Source of the DNA: Octopus vulgaris
Taxonomy: Eukaryota
Direction of reading: 5' to 3'
Length of the DNA: 64,000 bases
NCBI GenBank assembly: GCA_951406725.2
Contig: OX597828.1
Coordinates: 60,202,001-60,266,000, forward strand
The notes beneath the pieces are model-generated. The model ran no database searches. It saw only the letters and a list, made by a program, of their open reading frames with translations, and was not told where the DNA came from. Positions 51,100-64,000 of the stretch are shown piece by piece (the stretch's first letter is position 1; the number at the start of each line of letters is the position of its first letter). The translations under genes were made by a program, and so were the position numbers.

Positions 51100-51670
51100 C
51101 ACAAAAATATATTGGTTGTACTGGAAATTCATTCAAGAAATGATTTCCCAACCATTGATCCTCCTTCAGAGTCCCAGAAAGGAGATATGTTACATCGCTG
51201 GTTAACCACATTTAGCAACTAAAAGATCACAGAATTCCACAATTGATCTCATGGAAAATCCTCAGAAACCCAGGCCCCTACATCAACAGGATGAAATGCT
51301 GCAAGCTATGCATAGCCGAACATGCAAAAATCCTAAGGGACTCAATTGAGCCAAGTCTATAATTAACTCCAGAATGGAGATTTTGGGGCCATGTTTGCAC
51401 TTTAGGAGATTTCTGCTGGCCTTTTGGGAACTGCTGGAAACTGATAGCTAATGGGAGAGGGAGATAATCCCCGATTGTTTACTCTCACAGTTGAACAATG
51501 GCAGTACAGCCATTGGCAAAGGGAGATAATCCAGACGTTCCCCTCCATATTTTAAAGAGGTCGTAGGCCAACAAACCTTGGGCTTTGACGATACGCCATA
51601 AAGTTAAACCCTTTATGGACAGGAAACCCAGGGTAACCTCATAAAGTGGCCTTCACCAGGAAAAAATATA
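51100..51670 (+). mobile_element. Penelope-like GIY-YIG 3' remnant
   Basis: KYIGCTGNSFKK*FPNH*SSFR..TSLVNHI*QLKD..ISWKIL. Confidence 0.7.
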
Positions 51671-51807
51671 GACTGCGCTACTTCTTAGAGTGTGCTTCTC
51701 CAGATTTATGTTTTTCTAAAAATTATGTGTGTGTGTAGTGAGAATTTACAAAAAAACAAAAGACAAAGACAGGTGGGTAAACAACAAACAGATGTTATAT
51801 ATATATA

Positions 51808-51848
<41 letters not shown>

Positions 51849-52664
51849 GAGGTGTGCTTTGTTAAGAATGTATAAGAGTATAAATAGAGCTCATTCATCC
51901 TTAGAATTCCCAAATAGCCGGTAGTATTCTTATGGTATGCTACCAATTCTAGTCTAAGATATTCTCCTGTGTGTGAAAATAAAATTAAAAAGTAGAAGAG
52001 TCAAAAATGACCTTTGCCTTGAGGAAGCACTGAGTATTCTACTGAGTAATGAAAATCTAGGGAATAAACATGATGAGAAAATTCCAAGATGTAACCACTG
52101 TGCCAAATATGCATTTTCCAGATGGAACAATGTATAAATTATAATTATTATCATTCTATCTAGCTAAACCCATTTTTTACTGCCTTCACTTATGTATAAG
52201 AGTGTGTATTTATGATGGCGCATTCAACGATATAACTATGTACATGGAAATGAGTAGATAATTGTATAAGCATCTATGTATAGAAGTGAATGGGTTTATT
52301 GATATGTAGGTGAATATGCATCTGAATATATGAACATATATTTTATATATATATATGCATGTATGTGAGTGTATGTGTGTGTGTGTGTATGTCTGTGTAT
52401 TTATGGAAACACTCAGTGGTGTATGGTATATCAGTGTGTAAGTGATTGTATAAGTATGAGCTAATGGATGAATGTATTTTGCATAATGGAAGAGTTTGGC
52501 ATGTGCAGAATAACATGCTGAAACTGAATAAATAAACAGACAACGTTGCAGCTCATGTCAAATGTGATAACACACTCATACCGAGTGTTTGTTAGTTTCA
52601 AAGAAGAAGCCATGGATGTTGCAGCATGGAAATCTAGATTTACTTATGAAGACAGCAACTGAGT

Positions 52665-52786
52665 ATCGCCTGAGGAGATACATATAGATCTTCTTATACA
52701 GGTAAATCATTACATAATTTAATTTAATCTTAACTTTAAATCCTGTATATGCGAGGATCTGTATGTATCGAAATATTTGTAGCGAT
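52665..52786 (+). ncRNA. Type-I hammerhead ribozyme with very long stem II
   Basis: ATCGC-CTGAGGA-gatacatatagatcttc.tatacagg..cctgtata..gaggatctgtatgtatc-GAAA-T-ATTT-G-TA-GCGAT; stem III has a U-G pair. Confidence 0.78.
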
Positions 52787-52844
52787 TAAAAAGATGCCTA
52801 ACTGAACTTAATCTTCCTTTTGACTCTTTTACTTTTTACTTTAT

Positions 52845-53610
52845 ATCAAAATAGATGAACATCAATGGAATTTGTATCTTTGTGGTACCAGTGCCGGTGG
52901 CACACAAGAAAACCATCCGAACGTGGCCGTAGTCAGTACCGCACCGACTGGCCTCCGTGCTGTGGGCACGTAACAAACACCATCCGATCGTGGCTGTTCG
53001 CCAGCCTCATCTGGCACCTGTGTCGGTGGCACATAAAAACACCATCCGAAGACCCGGCAAGACTAGTCAGGCCATAACCTGTGGGCCCTACCTGGGACGT
53101 AGTCAGTCCACCTGTGCATACCTTCCTTCTTGTGACACTTGTGAAGACCTGTTGAGGCAAGTGAAAATCAAAACAAATCAAAATAGATGAACATCAATGG
53201 AATTTGTATCTTTGTGGTACCAGTGCTGGTGGCACACAAGAAAACCATCCGAACGTGGCCGTAGCCAGTACCGCATCGACTGGCCTCCGTGCTGTGGGCA
53301 CGTAACAAACACCATCCGATGGTGGCCATTCGCCAGCCTCGTCTGGCACCTGTGTCGGTGGCACATAAAAAACACCATCCGAGCGTGGCCGTTCGCCAGC
53401 CTCGTCTGGCACCTGTGTCGGTGGCACATAAAATCACCCACTACACTCTCGGAGTGGTTGGCGTTAGGAAGGGCATCTCCAGCTGTAGAAACACTGCCAG
53501 ATCTGACTGGCCTGGTGCAGCCTTCGGGCTTGCCAGACCCCAGTTGAACCGTCCAACCCATGCTAGCATGGAAAGCGGACGTTAAATGATGATGATGATG
53601 ATGATGATGT
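52845..53610 (+). mobile_element. Young RTE 3' end preceded by a tandem partial duplicate
   Basis: 52845-53048 repeats 53178-53380; 53049-53610 nearly identical to 8360-9003. Confidence 0.9.
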
Positions 53611-53624
53611 GAGTGTGTATATAC

Positions 53625-53687
<63 letters not shown>

Positions 53688-53695
53688 ATTATATA

Positions 53696-54185
53696 TTAGG
53701 TTGTCCGGATAGTTCTGAGCATTAATATGCAAAATGGGATATAAATAAAGTTATCTAGATGCATTTTGACTCCATCTAAATTGTTAAATGTTTTTCTTTG
53801 CAATGAGTTCTGTAGAGACAAAAACAAGAGGTAGTCAGCTGGTGCAATATCAGAAGAATATGGTGGATCGGGTAAGAGATCCCAGCCAAGTTCATGAAAC
53901 TTTGTTCAGGTAATCAAACAGGCATTGTCTAGTTGGAACAAAACTCCTTTCTTTTGGCAATCTCTGGCCTCAATTCTTTGATTTTTGGTTCAAATTAGCC
54001 AGCTGAAAACAGTGCACATCAGAATTAATGGTCTGGTTTTGTGGAAGAAGCTCATAGTAAATAATGCCTTTATGATCTCACCAAACACAAAGCATAGCTT
54101 TTTTAGCATGGATATTTGTCTTTAATTGGTGTTTTGGGGGATCCTTACACAAGCTCCAGGATGTTTTTTGCACATCATTTTCATA
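53696..54185 (-). mobile_element. mariner 3' fragment
   Basis: TA|TTAGGTTGTCCGG terminus; minus LFQLDNA, WDLLPDPPYSSDIAPAD. Confidence 0.8.
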
Positions 54186-54413
54186 CAGATGAGGTAGATG
54201 GAAGTGAAGACTGCAGGGTCTGGTGGAACAGCCATGGGGCATGCATGGGCAGGAAGCACATGCGGGCAGTTCGAGCAGAGACGGCAGCATGCAAGGACGT
54301 GGTTATTTCTTGACAGTGATTGCTCATTCCGCCTAGGTCAAGAGGTAAGGTCTTTGTATTTCTTTCTCACTTTTACTTCTTTTTCTGTTGCCTTCTTCCT
54401 CCATCACACTACA
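54186..54413 (+). repeat. 5' LTR (missing its first ~50 bp)
   Basis: Direct repeat of 58067-58287, ends ACTACA. Confidence 0.9.
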
Positions 54414-57400
54414 AGCTATTTCGGCCCATAACAAAAAAAAAAAACCAATGATGAGTGTAGTCCGTATTTCGAACAATATGGTCAAACCATTTTGTGGTGA
54501 CACTGATGTAGTCGCTTGGTTGAAGAAGATGAAGTTGGTTGCGACGCTCCACGGTATAAGCGACTTAGCGAGCTTTATACCGCTGTACCTAGATGGTTCG
54601 GCGTTGGCGCTGTACCTAGAAATGGAAGAGAGGGACCAACTTAGTGCAGAAAAAATAGAAATCCGTTTGATGGAGACCTTTGCAGAGGGAAAGCAAAGTG
54701 GACTGGCGAACAGGTTGATGTATTTGCGAACAATCTCAGAAGATTGGCTAAACTGGCGGGATATGAGGGAGAATCACTAGACTGAATGGTTAAGTTAGCG
54801 TTTGTGACTGGCCTTCCTGACCACATGTCGGTCGAGTTGCAAAAGCTACCAAACATTAACTCTATGGCGATGGCAGACATTGTATCTCAGGCTTGCATGC
54901 TAGGACGATGCTGGTAGCAGTGACTGCAACAACGAAAAGTGGCCAAGCAAGGAGTAGCAGAGAGGGGTCAAACAAGGAACGTGTGCAACCATTCAAGGGA
55001 CAGTGTTTCCGGTGTCAGGGCCCGCACATGGTACGAGACTGCAAGTCACCCAAGCCTGAGGTCATTTGCTACCAGTGTCAAGAAACAGGGCATATAGCCA
55101 GCGAACGTCTGCAGGGAAACAGTCTAAGAGAGACTACTGCGCCGGTAGTTATCCCTTTGAATCAATAGAGGCACGTTTATCATCATTACCTGTAGTCGAC
55201 ATTCTGGTGGAGGGGAAGATGTCACGATGTACAGAAGTGGTAGAGATGTGGAGTGGAGAAAGCAGTGTAAGAGCAGTCGACGGAAGAGAGGTACACTGTG
55301 AAGGCATTACAGATGCGCAGATTGTGGTGCAGGGAACAAAGCTGACGCTGCGAGCAACAGTAGTTGGCCACTTGGTGGACGAGATTGATGTGGTGATGGG
55401 GATGGATGCAATCACCCATTTAGGAGGTATCACTGTCAACGAGGCCGGTGTAACATTCGGGTTTGCGAGGAAACCGTGTATGGTGAGACTGTGCATTGGT
55501 GAGAACCGTGAAAAGTATACTGCACACGCCATTGAAGACCAGGACTTCGATGGCCAGATGTGGACAGTGGAGTGGCACTGGAAGGGAGAGCCCCCGATGT
55601 TAGAAAATAAAGTGGGCTGCTATCAGCATATTCTAAAAGGAGATGCCAGAAGTAAGTTCGAGGAGGAGGTGGAGCAGTGGATTAAGGAGGGTATATTGAT
55701 CCCTTGGGAAGGAGAAGTAGAGAGCGGAGTCCTGCCATTGATGGCACTGGTACAGCCCACAAAGCATAAGGTCAGGCCAGTGCTTGACTTCCGAGAGCTG
55801 AATGACCACGTATATTGTCATACGGGTAGCGAGGCCACAGATGTCTGTGGGGACACCTTGCAAGAGTGGAGGCAGATGAAAGGGGCCTCCATGATCGTCA
55901 ATTTGAAGTCAGCATACCTGCAGGTGCATGTGGCTGAGAGATTGGACGTATCAGCTTGTCAGGTATAAGAGCTGGACATACTGTCTGACCAGGTTGGGGT
56001 TCAGGCTAAATTCAGCGCCAAAGATTATGGCAACAATTCTCAAGGCCATCCTGGGAAAGGTGGACAGAGTAAAAAGGGCCACCAATTCGTACATTGATGA
56101 CATTCTGGTGGATGAAACCGTAATTCCAGAAACAGAGATCATAGGCCACCTGAAGAGTTTGGGACTGATCGCCAAGCCACCAGAGGCAATGGAGGGAGGC
56201 GCTGAACTGGGCCTCAAGCTATGGAGAGACAAGGCCGGCGCATTGGTGTTCTGGTGAGGGAACGAGATCCCCGAACTGGGCAGCAACACAAGTAGACGGG
56301 AACTTTTCTCGGTGTGTGGGAAGCTGGTGGGACACTACCCAATTGCAGGATGGCTCCAGACAGCATGTAACTTCATCAAGAGATGAACCAAAGTGGAACG
56401 ATTGAGTGGGGGAGAAGACGACCGACATGATACAGGAAGTCTTGATCAGAGTGAGAGCAGAGGATTCAGTGAGGGGCAGTTGGTATGTTCCCAAATCAAA
56501 GAGCAGGATTGTATGGTGTGATGCCAGTAGCATCGCAATAGGGGTTGTCTTGAAAGTTGGAGGCGTCGTGGTGTAAGATGCAGCCTGGCTCAGGAAAATG
56601 GATGACTGCAATCATATCAATGTAGCGGAGTTGGATGCCGTGTTGAAGGGAGTGAACCTAGCATTGAAGTGGGGACTGTGCACCATAGAAATCAGAACCG
56701 ATTCAGCCACTGTACTTGGTTGGGTGACAGCAGTCATCACCAATGAGCAGAGGGTGTGAACCAAAGGGGCCGTAGAGATGTTGGTAAAGCGTTGATTGGG
56801 GATACTGCATGAACTAACCGCTGAATTCGATCTGAAGCTGAGCATGATCTTTGTGCCTTCCAAGAATAACAGGGCAGACGTCCTGACCAGGGTAAAGTGA
56901 GCCTGGTTGCAGGTGCCAGAGGATGCGGAGCAGGATGCAGCTGCAGTATGCTGTTTGAGTGACTTGGAGTTGAGAAGATTGCATATCATGCATCACATGG
57001 GGGTGGACAGGATGTTGTTCCTAGCCAGAAAAGTTGACACTGATGTAACAAGATGGAGTGTGCAGAGAGTGGTTAGCAGCTGTGACAGGTGCCAGTCCAT
57101 CGACCCTGCTCCGAGTGTACATGAGGCGGGAAGTATTCCAGTGGACCACGATTGGAAACAACTGGCAGTGGACATAACACACTACCGGCAGGGAACATAC
57201 CTCTCAATGACTGCGGACCAGGGCTGTTGGCCATATGGAGGGAGTTGAAGACGGGGACCGCAGTGGAAATAGTGAAAGTATTGAATGAGATATTCCTGGA
57301 ACGAAGCCCCGTGGATGAACTGCTTCTGGATAATGGCACTGCATTTCACTCAGAGGTGCTGAAAGAAATGCTTGATGGGTGGCAGGTCAACTGTTTCTTC

Positions 57401-58017
57401 AGGGCGGCATACTGGCCAAGTGGAAATGGGGTGGTGGAAAGGCATCATAGTACCATCAAGACCATGGCAGAGAGGGGCCACATTTCACCAATCGAGACTA
57501 TATTTTGGTACAATATGTCACCCAGGTCAGGACAGGCTGAAGAGTCGGTGCCACACGGCAATATTCAGGTATGAGTGGAGGCATCCGTGTACTGCATCAA
57601 TGCAACCTGGGGTAGAGGAAGAGCATGCCTTCGTGCAGGTTGGGGTAGAAGTTTGGGTAAAACCCCCAAATGCACGGTGTACATCACGATGGGGAAAGGG
57701 AACAATAACCTTCATCAATTCGAAGAACAATGTCTATGTCGAAGGTATGCCATGCCACGTTTTGGATGTGCAGAAGATTGTCAATGCCTCAGAGGATAAA
57801 ATCAGCAGCAGTGAGCAAGAAGATGAAGACAGCAACAGTAGGAAAGATGATGAAGCCAGCAGCAGCATGCCAGTCCCGGGATTGCACAGCGACTAGAGGG
57901 AGTGGCACCCTCCTCCCTGGTTGGCCGATTATGAAACCAGTTAAGGTGTGAGTTCGGGAGCAAGGAGTGAGTGGGAAGCGGGTTGAATGATCTGTAGATC
58001 GGTGGGGGGGGGGGGCG

Positions 58018-58287
58018 TGTGGTGTTATGGACTATGATGAGCTATGTGGTGTTGGTGGAGAGATTGCAGATGAGGTAGATGGAAGTGAAGACTGCAGGGG
58101 CCGATGGAACAGCCACGGTGCATGCGTGGGCAGGAGGCACGTGTGGGCAATTTGAGCAGAGACGGCAGCGTGCAAGGATGTGTTTATTTCTTGACAGTGA
58201 TCGCTCATTCCGCCTAGGTCAAGAGGTAAGGTCTTTGTATTTCTTTCTCCCGTTTGCTTCTTTTTCTGGTGTCTTCTTCACACTACA
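58018..58287 (+). repeat. 3' LTR (270 bp)
   Basis: TGTGGTGT...ACACTACA termini directly after the PPT. Confidence 0.92.
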
Positions 58288-58654
58288 CTTTTAAACCCAA
58301 ACGATAACAAAGGAGATCTACTGTTAGCAGTACTGGAAGAAAAATGACCGTCTTTGCTTCCAAGATGAAAGTTGTTCTTCCATCAGGATAATGCTTGGCC
58401 ACAGTAGTTTGAATGGGAAACGATGCCTCACCCACCATAATCACCATACATTGCTCCATCTGATTATCATTTATTCTGCAGTCTTCAAAATCATTTGAAC
58501 AGCAAAAATATGAATTTTGTAGACAAGGTCAGAACAGTACTGGGATAATTTTTCGTCACGGTCAAGATGTAGAAAATGAAGGAAAGTACATTGTTTACCC
58601 TGATTATGAAAAATAAAAGTATAAAAAAACCGTATTATTTATGGGATGACCCAA
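58288..58654 (+). mobile_element. mariner 3' half (same family as 9003-10252)
   Basis: Homologous to 9759-10252; FHQDNA, IAPSDYHLF; TIR ..tttatgggatgacccaa|TA. Confidence 0.85.
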
Positions 58655-61600
58655 TATCTACTAAAGACTCGAATGGTTAGCTGCTAGATGACGTCAGCAA
58701 CCCCTCAGAAAATCCTGTTTATGTGTTTCCAGTTATTTTTACATCTGAAATATTGCGATTCGAGGTAAATTCCTAAGTAATTGTATATAAATCAATGATA
58801 GATGATCGTTTTTATGTCACAGTCCAGCAGCAAATAAATGTTTCTGTAGCATTTGACAGGGAGAAAGAAAACGGAGAAAATATGCAACTAGAAAGAAATG
58901 AGTTTTTAAGAATGGAAATCCAAACAAAATCATATATTGTGAGAGAGGGAGAAAATAGATAAAATCGTAAATCAATCTGATATAAGATACATTATACGAA
59001 TTTAAATCTATCTGAATACTTTAATTTATCGACTCCAGAACTTGGAAAGAGGAAAGTTGTAGAAAAGAGGACGCCAGAGACAGAAATAATAAATTATACA
59101 CAGTTCTCTTTTATTTCCTACGTACCATCAGTATTCACACCTCTATCAGCCGATACGATACAATAATAGAGAGAAAACAGCGCGTTTACTTCCAGAAATT
59201 TGTAAAACAGAGGTTCGAATGGTACAGTAGCTATTTTCAATTATGACATTCATAAGTTTCTATTTCACATGCTGTAGAAGTTGCAATGCATATTTTCTTG
59301 AAATAAGTTATTTTGGGTCACGAGTGGTAGTGTGAACGGAAATTTTGCTGTAACAAAGAAAACCAATTGTTGGCGAAAGCGAAATATTATTGCTCTCTCA
59401 TTCTTCCAATAAACTGATGGGAAACAGTGCAACTAAAGTTTCACTTGGTTACTACAAAGCAAAGTTAACTTTAGCAGAGTTTGAACTCAGAATGCAATTG
59501 ATAACATGACTACTTTGTCCGACGCTTTAACAGTTCTGCCAATACACCGTTCCCGAGATAGAATTTGAAAACAGACCTTAAAGAAATATAACTAGATGAA
59601 GCATTCTACTAATTCTGCCAACTTCTAATAATCACTCTCTAGAAAAATCCTCGTTCAATATGCATTTGCTTCCATAGACGTGGTTAACATCTCGCTAAGG
59701 TTTGCACTGAAAATAACGTATAGGTCAACGGGAATTACCTCCCTTGTCTGAACCTCTCCTATTCTGGATGTCATTACACTTGTTAAAGGCGTCGGGACAT
59801 GGCGAAGCAGACCCCGTTTCTGGGCAACTTTCACCCGAAAAGTTCATTTACGAGCTTTATTAATGGCAATGATAAACCTCCGAACGTAAGTTAAACCACA
59901 TTTATAACCATTGTCTCATGTGTTTATGACTTTTGTCAATGTTAAAAAGTTGTACTTATAACATCAATTTAGGTTAAACTCACCATAATTGAGAGATTTT
60001 TCTTTTTTTTTGCCAGATTATTTTATTTTCGCGTCCTCACTTCTTCCCCGCTAGCGTATTTATTACACAGATAATGAAGTGGCGCCTCATTAAGAAAAGT
60101 TTTTTTGTAAATTGTTGAAATGTTCATATGATAATGAATATCTTTTATTTTAAGTCAATTACCAACCATCACAATTACAGATTTGTCAAATGGTTTTAAA
60201 CAAGTTGGTCTTTGTACCTTATTATTATTTATGAGTTTATTACTCATCATCCCACCCTCAGCTTTACGTTTCCGTACACAAACTAGTTTTGGAAATGTTG
60301 GAATTTTGACCTTATACTTCTGTAGTTATTATATAAAACCACCTGAAAGTATTAGAATGTTCTCGTCAGGTTTCTGTTTACTTTTCACATATTATTGTGA
60401 GGGCATACTTCGGGTTTTGTTTCCTTGTATCTTACTGTAGTTTCTTTACTTCTCTGATTAATCAGTAACATACCAAAAAGTACAGCCTTCTGTCCTTAAT
60501 TTATAATGGTGTTGAATTATTTGCCCAGTTTAAAATAAGTATTTTCCTTTTCTTTTCGTCTTAAATCTGAAGCATAACAATTGAATAATCTGGAAAGCAT
60601 TAAAACTATTCTTTTATCCCAATTTTCAAATTATGTTATTAATAGCCAAGACGATTCTTCATATTAAAACCGTAAACACAAAAGAATACAAACCAGATTA
60701 ACATAAACGTCATTAAATTTACTAAATGAACAAACTATAGTACTTCGAATGCGTTAACTTTTTCAAAAATGAAGTAGATATTTAACAAGGATAATATTGT
60801 TTGATACAATATACTCCACCAGATTCTTTTTGTGATCGACATGCAGGATGTTACGCTGCTTATTCAAGAAAATGGTATTGTATGAAACAACTCTTTCCTG
60901 TTAAATATATATTTTATACTTATAAAACATTATTAAATATATACATTTGACACTTTGTTGTTTCTTTAGAAAATTTAATGATACTCGTGTTTGTATTTTG
61001 CTATTCTGGTTTTGTTTGTTTTCTTTTGAGTTTATGGCCGTAATATGAATCGCCATATCCAAACTACTTTTATAATCATGCAATAAAGACAAAAACAGCT
61101 GATGTTACCGCGTATTGTTGTAGTTCACCGATATGATCAGAGCCATTTCAGCTTTGGACATCAGTCTTTTCTTCAGGAATAGTTTACTCAAATTTTCACC
61201 ATTTTTCAAAGACAGTAAAATAGGGTGTAGTTTGGAAGTTATTTTTAGAAAGTTGAGCGACTACATAGAGGCGTTAACTCGACTGAATTGTTTTAATGCT
61301 TGTTTTGAATGGATTTCTACGAAGTCAATTAAACTGATTGTAAAAACCGATTTTTAAACGATACCACCTATTTTCATTTGAGCATTTCAAGCAGATTGCC
61401 TCATTTGTTTTCGGTTTATGACCTCAAAATTAAAGTGGAAAATTATAAGCAATGAAGGAGGAAAATGAAAAATTTGAACAGCTGGCTTTTTTTTTTTTCT
61501 AGGGCGGGAGACAGGATGACAAGATCGCAAGCTCTGTTGAAAAACAGGAACTGGAAGAAATTTCTTTTAAAAAGTGTGCGTGATGGGGTAAACAACACAC

Positions 61601-61744
61601 ATGGTAGCGAAGAGATTGCATTTGAACGCAGCGAATGTTTAAACCAACAGTTAGTTGTTATATCACAAGCTTTAACTTCAACAACTCGATCACTCCCCCT
61701 CCAAAAACCTTTGAATCACAAAGAAGTGTTCTGAGATCATTTAA

Positions 61745-64000
<2,256 letters not shown>

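Larger units (their letters stand above)
54186..58287 (+). mobile_element. Ty3/Gypsy LTR retrotransposon (~4.1 kb), decayed
   Basis: gag with two zinc knuckles (CFRCQGPH..C, CYQCQETGH), RT (RPVLDFRELN, NLKSAY, YIDD), RNase H (WCDASS), integrase (H..HH..C..C, AVDI, LLDNG, VERHH); RT-RH-IN order; G-rich PPT 58001-58017; stops and frameshifts. Confidence 0.95.

Noticed and set aside
50949-51143. Poly-M/Q/S/N ORF
   Set aside because: (GAT)n LINE tail plus CAA/CAG repeats running into a Penelope remnant.
54422-54432. ggcccataac identical to the initiator tRNA-Met anticodon arm
   Set aside because: Same sense as the tRNA rather than complementary, so it cannot serve as a PBS; probably chance.
60900-61420. 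Possible coding exon in the CpG-rich region
   Set aside because: Minus frames I translated contain stops, and the plus ORF has no recognisable homology.

Overview
AT-rich, repeat-saturated animal genomic DNA; the tRNA-derived SINEs, (GAT)n-tailed RTE LINEs and (TA)n tracts look like an octopus or other coleoid genome (inference). The only host gene I can support is the 3' end of SHOC2/Sur-8 on the + strand. It has three exons (7916-7983, 34476-34645, 34770-34808) joined by a 26.5 kb and a 124 bp intron, followed by a long, nearly TE-free putative 3' UTR. Most of the rest is decayed transposable elements: RTE/BovB, R4/Dong-like and CR1/L2-like LINEs, Penelope-like elements, Tc1/mariner/maT, hAT, Chapaev3, a near-complete Ty3/Gypsy element, SINEs, MITEs/foldbacks and a 2.3 kb terminal (TA)n tract. 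The most striking non-obvious signal is eight type-I hammerhead ribozyme folds (one an inverted duplicate; four near-canonical, four variant or imperfect) from about seven different sequence families. They have minimal, often palindromic stem III and in several cases greatly extended stem II. One pair forms the two arms of a perfect 160-bp inverted repeat inside the SHOC2 intron. All coordinates were read by eye; TE boundaries are approximate unless termini or TSDs are quoted.
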